From a virus (lineage: Duplodnaviria > Caudoviricetes): 52,178 bases of DNA. A program made the translations under genes and the position numbers. Where the stretch lies: IMG/VR virus record IMGVR_UViG_3300031688_000025, positions 1 through 52,178 of that record; one strand, written 5' to 3'. Below, one piece after another: positions 47,129-52,178 of the stretch. Within the stretch, counting starts at the first letter, position 1, and each line of letters starts with the position of its first letter. A model generated the notes under the pieces. That model saw only the letters and a list, made by a program, of their open reading frames with translations, was not told the DNA's origin and made no database searches.

Positions 47129-48894
47129 TATCTAGACCCCCTCACTTTCCCTTTAACTACTATGTTAGAGATCTCCCAAGTATCCGTTGGATCATTAGAA
47201 GATATCCTAAGGAACAAGTAACGACCAGAAGTTCTTAAGTCATGCCCCTTGTAGTCATCAGTTGTATAGAAAGTATCGCTAGGGTTAAAGGTAGGGTCAT
47301 CATCAATCTCCGATGCCCACCCTACCTCAACTTTAGGATTACCTAAGCCAGTCTTACCTACTCTTATACTAGTTAATTCCTTGACTGCGTAAGGGTCTTC
47401 AAGATCATGAGCCTTAGTAGTAGCTACTGTAGAGTGTGCAGAGGAACCTCCATTCTCGTAGAACAAACTACCAGTAGAGTTGGCTGACATAGCATGACGG
47501 AACACTCCAGCTTCTAAGAAGGCTGAGGAGTTCTCAGTTCTTTTGCTAAAGGTATTGTTAGAATAGTTATAAGTTATCTCAGTGGTTGGTATTGTATTCT
47601 TAAAAGGAATAGACCACACAACCTCATTGTTCTCTTTGTTGTGATAAGCACAGACTTGCTCGTACTCACCTTCTGCAATATTCTCAGCAATGTACTTGTT
47701 GATACCTTCAAGATCCCCTAGTCTTTCAACAGAGTTACCGTCTGTCATAAACAAACCTCTTTTAGAAAGACCGTAGTTAACTCTATCTACAGACACAACT
47801 GCCTTAGCAGATACAGCACCTACGCCAGAAGCCATAGCAGTCTCGTACCCGAAGTAGAAAGGAGCACCTATGTAGTTTAAGATAAACATCTCACTCTCAG
47901 TGTAGATAGCTTTAGCTTCCCCTAAGGGTACAATGCATCTAAGTTGAGTTGATGCTTCTCGTAAGGTAAGACTACCAGCAGAGTTAGTAGCAGACGCAAC
48001 CCAAGTATCGGGGTCATCTTCCGAGCACCATGCTACATCATAAGGATGATCAGTTGCTGCCTTATCATAGTTTATTGCTAGTAGGTGTGGGCCTGACTTG
48101 TCTACTGCACTCACTCTAGTAAAAGGGCAGTCTGGCATAGTAGCCGTAGCTGTTAGACCAGTACCTGATCCTGATGTACTTGCTTGAGTCAGTGAGGTAG
48201 TAGCTGAAAAGCCAGATCCAAAGTTTGTAACCTTGAGCCTTGCAACAGCACCACCATTAACAGCAGTAACAGTTGCTGTCAACCCAGAACCAGAGCCACC
48301 AGAAAAAGTTAAGGTATCGTTAACAGCGTGGTTGATTCCACCTGCAGTAATGTTAACTCCAGATATTTTATTAACCTGTAACTCTGCAAAGGTTTCATTA
48401 CTTTTCTTAATCTTAAGTGGGCCTACACCATCTGCAGCAAATACCCAAGTTCCGAAGTTAGTGAATGACCAAGAGGCTGCTGCGATAACACCATCATCCC
48501 ACGCTGAAGCTCCAACATCCCAAATAGAATTACCAGAGTCCCAAGAGCTTGCACCTGATGTATTAATAAGATTAAACCCAGAGCCTACTACCACTGCGGC
48601 TGCAGTAGGAGAGTCTTGTCTCCACCTGTAGATGTTAGACAAAGAACCAGCGTACACAACCTTAGTATCAAACTCTTCAGTAGCTACAAGGCCACGTATG
48701 GGTTCTGATGTTAAAGCTGAAAGCAAAGACTTACCCGGCTTTCTTCTGATTCCTGTTTCTGTAAACTGTATGCCATCGACTTCTGCCCAGAAGGGAATAC
48801 TTTTATCAAATTTATTTGTTTGCCACCCCGATGTAATTAGAGGTGTTAAATCAGCCGGGAAAAAAGCTCTCGGACTTCTCGGTGAAGTTGGCAT
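47128..48894 (-). CDS. Tail tubular/stabilisation (nozzle) protein
   Basis: WSFTNFG, WC..DD...W..SATN.AG, Y.GAPF.FG, NEV.W, R.SGR. Confidence 0.7.
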   Translation of the reverse strand: MPTSPRSPRAFFPADLTPLITSGWQTNKFDKSIPFWAEVDGIQFTETGIRRKPGKSLLSALTSEPIRGLVATEEFDTKVVYAGSLSNIYRWRQDSPTAAAVVVGSGFNLINTSGASSWDSGNSIWDVGASAWDDGVIAAASWSFTNFGTWVFAADGVGPLKIKKSNETFAELQVNKISGVNITAGGINHAVNDTLTFSGGSGSGLTATVTAVNGGAVARLKVTNFGSGFSATTSLTQASTSGSGTGLTATATMPDCPFTRVSAVDKSGPHLLAINYDKAATDHPYDVAWCSEDDPDTWVASATNSAGSLTLREASTQLRCIVPLGEAKAIYTESEMFILNYIGAPFYFGYETAMASGVGAVSAKAVVSVDRVNYGLSKRGLFMTDGNSVERLGDLEGINKYIAENIAEGEYEQVCAYHNKENNEVVWSIPFKNTIPTTEITYNYSNNTFSKRTENSSAFLEAGVFRHAMSANSTGSLFYENGGSSAHSTVATTKAHDLEDPYAVKELTSIRVGKTGLGNPKVEVGWASEIDDDPTFNPSDTFYTTDDYKGHDLRTSGRYLFLRISSNDPTDTWEISNIVVKGKVRGSR

Positions 48895-48907
48895 ATAAGT
48901 CTCCTTG

Positions 48908-49813
48908 TTATGCTGTACGTTTCCACATGCTAATCACAACGTAAGGTGACACTGTGGCTAAAGTTACACTAGTTGTTCTATCTGCAGACGCATGTGCTAG
49001 AGATTCTAAATTCTCATTGTTTTCTTCGAGACCTGAACCTGTAATCAACCTTCCACTTGTAGTAGGCTCTGCAAGTTTACCACTAGATTGGACAGCACCC
49101 CATCCATCTCTCGGGGTAGTTATACTTGCTGCGGCTGACTTAGCTCCACCTGTTTCTTCAAGAGTATCAAAGTCTGTATCAGCACCATCAATACCAACTA
49201 GCATCTTACCAGTACCAAAAGCTACCCATGTCCCACCAAATAGGGTACTAGGGTTTGCAGCTAACACTGATAAGTAAATAGAGCCTACAGGATAAACTTT
49301 AAGTAACCCTTGGCTTTCTAGAACCGCTGCAGTAGTAACATCTGCTGAACCATTAAAGCTTACAGAACCAGTTACATCGCCAGTCAAAGAAATAGTCCTT
49401 GGTGCACCTATGACTCCACTCTCTATAAGAACAGGGTTCATTAAGATCCAAGAAGACAAAGTAGCACTCCACATTAGATCTAAGTAATGGTTAACTCCAG
49501 CTATGTTACCAGCTACTAACGCTGCATTGCTTACGGTAACTATAGGGTTAGCTCCAGAACTGTCTACGTTTAAAGTACAAGCACCAGTGTTAACACCAGA
49601 TGCTTTAATTGTTATACGTACACCTGCCGCTTTAACTACGTTGTAGGAAAAGTCAGCAGTTAGTACATCAACTGTACCTGCTGCTGCCGCAAAGTCTAAA
49701 CTAGATCTTAGGGCTGCGTTACTTTCATTTTTAGCTGCTGCAAAGTTATCTCTTACAGACTCAGTTGTCGGTGATCCTGCAACTGGCTTTGTACTATCAA
49801 TTCCACTAGCCAT
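48908..49813 (-). CDS. Short tail fibre / baseplate-like protein
   Basis: YPVGSIYLS...NP.TLFGGTW..FG.G..LVG, TGG.K, PY.V..MWKRTA. Confidence 0.75.
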   Translation of the reverse strand: MASGIDSTKPVAGSPTTESVRDNFAAAKNESNAALRSSLDFAAAAGTVDVLTADFSYNVVKAAGVRITIKASGVNTGACTLNVDSSGANPIVTVSNAALVAGNIAGVNHYLDLMWSATLSSWILMNPVLIESGVIGAPRTISLTGDVTGSVSFNGSADVTTAAVLESQGLLKVYPVGSIYLSVLAANPSTLFGGTWVAFGTGKMLVGIDGADTDFDTLEETGGAKSAAASITTPRDGWGAVQSSGKLAEPTTSGRLITGSGLEENNENLESLAHASADRTTSVTLATVSPYVVISMWKRTA

Positions 49814-49959
49814 TATTTGTTATCCTTATAATTCTTAGATAAAGGAGTGCCGGTAATTTTAGTCTTTGAAGTCTTCTTACCACCGGGTTTTCCTGAGACT
49901 GCTGCATTTCTTGCCATACGCTTAGTCTTTTTAAAAACAGTACTTTTAGTATCTTTCAT
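49813..49959 (-). CDS. Small Lys-rich protein (48 aa)
   Basis: Not in the ORF track; MKDTKSTVFKKTKRMARN...KDNK; coupled to the next gene. Confidence 0.5.
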   Translation of the reverse strand: MKDTKSTVFKKTKRMARNAAVSGKPGGKKTSKTKITGTPLSKNYKDNK

Positions 49960-49961
49960 AA

Positions 49962-50339
49962 TTATTTCTCCCTTTGAACCCCTTTAGTTTTCTCTACAGT
50001 ACGCATAGCGCCAAGACCAAGCATACCCATAAGTACTGTTGTAAGTAAAGAGCTATCAACAGGAGGTACAGTAAACCAGATACCTAAGATAGGGGATAAG
50101 ATAGTAGAATACACAAGAGCAAAACAACATGACCATCCAACAGCAGGTCTCCATCCAGCTACAAACATATTCTTGTGTGCAGCCTCAACCTTGTTAACCT
50201 CCAACTGACCTTTGGCTAGCTCCTGAGCATGCCTCTCAGCCATAGTGCTGATCTCATGGGCTAATTTGTTCTTAACATCTTTGTCTTCAATAAACTTATC
50301 TAGCAGACCCGTTACAGGTGCAATCAATTGTGCTAACAT
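49962..50339 (-). CDS. Putative holin (3TM, GTA-type)
   Basis: LDKFI.DKD, FVAGWRPAVGW, L.GMLGLG..RT.EK.KGV. Confidence 0.8.
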   Translation of the reverse strand: MLAQLIAPVTGLLDKFIEDKDVKNKLAHEISTMAERHAQELAKGQLEVNKVEAAHKNMFVAGWRPAVGWSCCFALVYSTILSPILGIWFTVPPVDSSLLTTVLMGMLGLGAMRTVEKTKGVQREK

Positions 50340-50348
50340 TCTTATCTC

Positions 50349-50765
50349 CTATTTCTTAGACAAAGGGCCCTTACGGTACTTAGCGGTTTTCTTAGCAATC
50401 TTCTTAGGTTGCTTAGAGAACTGTTTGCCTTTCTTAGTGTCGTCCCTTTTCTTTTTACTAGTAGCAGCATACTCTTTAGATGACAAAGCACCTCTAGCTT
50501 TCTTAGGTAAGTATCTTTCACCAGTAGCCTTAGAGCCCTGTGTACTATTCTTACCAGACTTAGTACCCCACTTTTCTTTAGTCCATTTACTCATGGACTT
50601 CTGAGCTTTAGTCTTTGCTCCGTTATACTTACCACCCGCTTTACGATATTCTTTACCAGCTATCTGTGCCTTACGGGCACTCCACTGTCCGGGACTACCG
50701 CCCTTGCTTCCAGCTTTTACCCTAGCTACAATTCTTTTCCATAGCTTTTCGTTTGACCTAGCCAT
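50349..50765 (-). CDS. Highly basic phage protein
   Basis: GG.PGQWSARKAQ, W.KEKW.TKSGK, ERYLP. Confidence 0.7.
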   Translation of the reverse strand: MARSNEKLWKRIVARVKAGSKGGSPGQWSARKAQIAGKEYRKAGGKYNGAKTKAQKSMSKWTKEKWGTKSGKNSTQGSKATGERYLPKKARGALSSKEYAATSKKKRDDTKKGKQFSKQPKKIAKKTAKYRKGPLSKK

Positions 50766-50767
50766 AG

Positions 50768-50968
50768 TTATTTAGCCTTTTTCTTTTTACCCTTACCGTA
50801 GCTCATAGCTTTCTCCTTTGCTTTATTGGATAGTTCTTCAAAATGAAAAAGTTTCGCAGACAAAGGGCCATGAGCGGCACCAGAGTGAACTTCACCATTT
50901 GGCATTTTATGAGTACCGCCTTTATGGGGAGTACCTTCTTTTGTATAATGCATTACACCTTTAGCCAT
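50768..50968 (-). CDS. Small basic His/Lys-rich protein
   Basis: HY.K.G....G.THKMP.G..HSG..H. Confidence 0.6.
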   Translation of the reverse strand: MAKGVMHYTKEGTPHKGGTHKMPNGEVHSGAAHGPLSAKLFHFEELSNKAKEKAMSYGKGKKKKAK

Positions 50969-51255
50969 TACCATTTCACCTTATTAGCCCAGTAAGCTGC
51001 AGACAAAGGGCCTTTAGCAATGTTCTTTGCATGCCTAGCCTTAAAGCTTTTACGCTTTGCTTTCATCTTAGATGACTCACCAGACTTAGGGGAGCCTGCT
51101 GTGCTAGCTCCCTGTTCTCCAAAACGGATTGTTTTGATAGTATCTCCTGACTTAGCAACAACAACGTGGCTTTTAGTAGGGTGACTAGGGGTTCTCTTTG
51201 GTTTATTAAATCCACTAACGCCTGCTCTTTTTAATCTTGGATCTTTAAGAGGCAT
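50968..51255 (-). CDS. Highly basic phage protein
   Basis: K.IRFG.QG, RKSFKARH, SAAYWA.KVKW. Confidence 0.7.
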   Translation of the reverse strand: MPLKDPRLKRAGVSGFNKPKRTPSHPTKSHVVVAKSGDTIKTIRFGEQGASTAGSPKSGESSKMKAKRKSFKARHAKNIAKGPLSAAYWANKVKW

Positions 51256-51256
51256 G

Positions 51257-51424
51257 TTATTTATCCTTTTTAATCAAGCTCTGGATAGTGTCTGATTCAA
51301 ATATCCTTAAAGACATCCAGATAATAGTTAGAAGAGAAGCTATAGGTGGTAGCCAAGCAGCTAATGTAAGGACTGCTGTTGAAGCAGCGGCTACATCAAT
51401 AACTTCTTTTGTAGATTCTTCCAT
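51257..51424 (-). CDS. Small membrane protein
   Basis: AAGGA RBS before MEEST; hydrophobic WLPPIASLLTIIW. Confidence 0.6.
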   Translation of the reverse strand: MEESTKEVIDVAAASTAVLTLAAWLPPIASLLTIIWMSLRIFESDTIQSLIKKDK

Positions 51425-51434
51425 AAAAATATCC

Positions 51435-51881
51435 TTATAATATGTACAAGTACACAACAAGTGCGACTGAGAGTAGTAATAAAGACCCTAAGGTTGTTTT
51501 AATAAGCTCTGACAACTCACGCTGTTTCTTTAGCTTAGATAACCTAGTCTTCTCTATTCTATGTTTATGTTCCATTAAGGACTTATGTTGTATAGCTAAC
51601 ATATCTCTCCATACTTCCCTTGGTGTTACTTTCTTTAATTCTTTTTCTTTGGCACGTATATCAGCCTTAGCCCATGCTAACTCAAGAGCTTCCTCCTGAG
51701 TCAACACATGATCACCTGTCTTAGTAGCTTGCTCAATAGTCTCAACTGCTGCTTTACTTTCAGTCAGTGAAGAGAAAACCCCAGCAAGCCCTGTTAGGTT
51801 AGCACCTGATTCCTTAACGGTTTTAATGCCATCGTTAAGAGTCTTAAGGATACCTACGACTGCTGAGATTTCTGCAATCAT
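51435..51881 (-). CDS. Coiled-coil protein with a C-terminal TM helix
   Basis: Amphipathic N-terminus and C-terminal hydrophobic anchor. Confidence 0.6.
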   Translation of the reverse strand: MIAEISAVVGILKTLNDGIKTVKESGANLTGLAGVFSSLTESKAAVETIEQATKTGDHVLTQEEALELAWAKADIRAKEKELKKVTPREVWRDMLAIQHKSLMEHKHRIEKTRLSKLKKQRELSELIKTTLGSLLLLSVALVVYLYIL

Positions 51882-51882
51882 A

Positions 51883-52178
51883 TTAGCTGCCTAAAGTTGG
51901 GCGTGTGTCAGGAAAGTCTGAGGTAGACGGCCATTGACGCAATGCAGTCCTGTACAGCAAGATGTTGTCGCGGTTAGGCCAGTCTGGGGTTTGTGCTGCT
52001 GTGTCTGAAGATGACAGTTCGCCATCACGCCACATACGCCCAGCTTCTGCCGCTGTTGGCTCTACAGGTGTAGGTGCTACCCAAAGCTCATAGTGGTCAA
52101 AGTTAGCTGCAACAAACTCAGCGTCAGCAGTGATGGTATTTGTGATGTTACCGTCAGCATCTTTAATATTATATTTCA
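51883..52178 (-). CDS. Tail fibre assembly chaperone-like protein (start codon clipped at the right edge)
   Basis: Not in the ORF track; (M)KYNIKDADG...WRDGEL..SD...YRTALRQWPSTSDFPDTRPTLGS; paralog of 208-408. Confidence 0.7.
   Translation of the reverse strand, partial: KYNIKDADGNITNTITADAEFVAANFDHYELWVAPTPVEPTAAEAGRMWRDGELSSSDTAAQTPDWPNRDNILLYRTALRQWPSTSDFPDTRPTLGS

Noticed and set aside
51883-52178. Direct circular join of the two window ends, which happens to be in frame (..TLPA-L-KYNIK..)
   Set aside because: No terminal overlap; a 1-in-3 chance event; it would fuse a truncated fibre domain to a chaperone, so missing sequence is more likely
1-52178. tRNA genes, integrase, or diversity-generating retroelement
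   Set aside because: No cloverleaf, recombinase or reverse-transcriptase motifs recognised by eye; tRNAscan and HMM searches were not run

Overview
The window is a near-complete lytic podovirus genome, truncated inside tail-fibre genes at both edges. It has two oppositely oriented arms. The + arm (~12.7-32.4 kb) carries early genes, a phiEco32-type amidoligase/GATase/ATP-grasp/GGCT cluster, SSB, class II RNR, PolA, exonuclease, primase-helicase and a short T7-like RNA polymerase. The - arm runs from TerL through portal, scaffold, capsid and fibres to the left edge, then resumes at the right edge through tail, holin and ejection proteins. The arms diverge at a repeat-rich non-coding region (~12.04-13.06 kb, probably the physical ends) and converge on back-to-back terminators at ~32.4 kb. 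The main finding is an apparent N4-like two-polymerase transcription system in a ~52-kb non-N4 genome. The last ejection-module gene (32424-36410, 1328 aa, no cysteine) carries the single-subunit RNAP motifs in order. Upstream of the early genes sit template-strand C-GAA-G triloop hairpins with N4 vRNAP promoter geometry. The genome also has a separate 698-aa RNAP, a T7-like promoter motif shared by TerL and a displaced TerS candidate, a third recurring motif after terminators, a duplicated SSB, and an ejection protein fusing lysozyme and thermonuclease domains. All assignments come from reading motifs by eye; no searches were run, so novelty relative to the literature is unverified.
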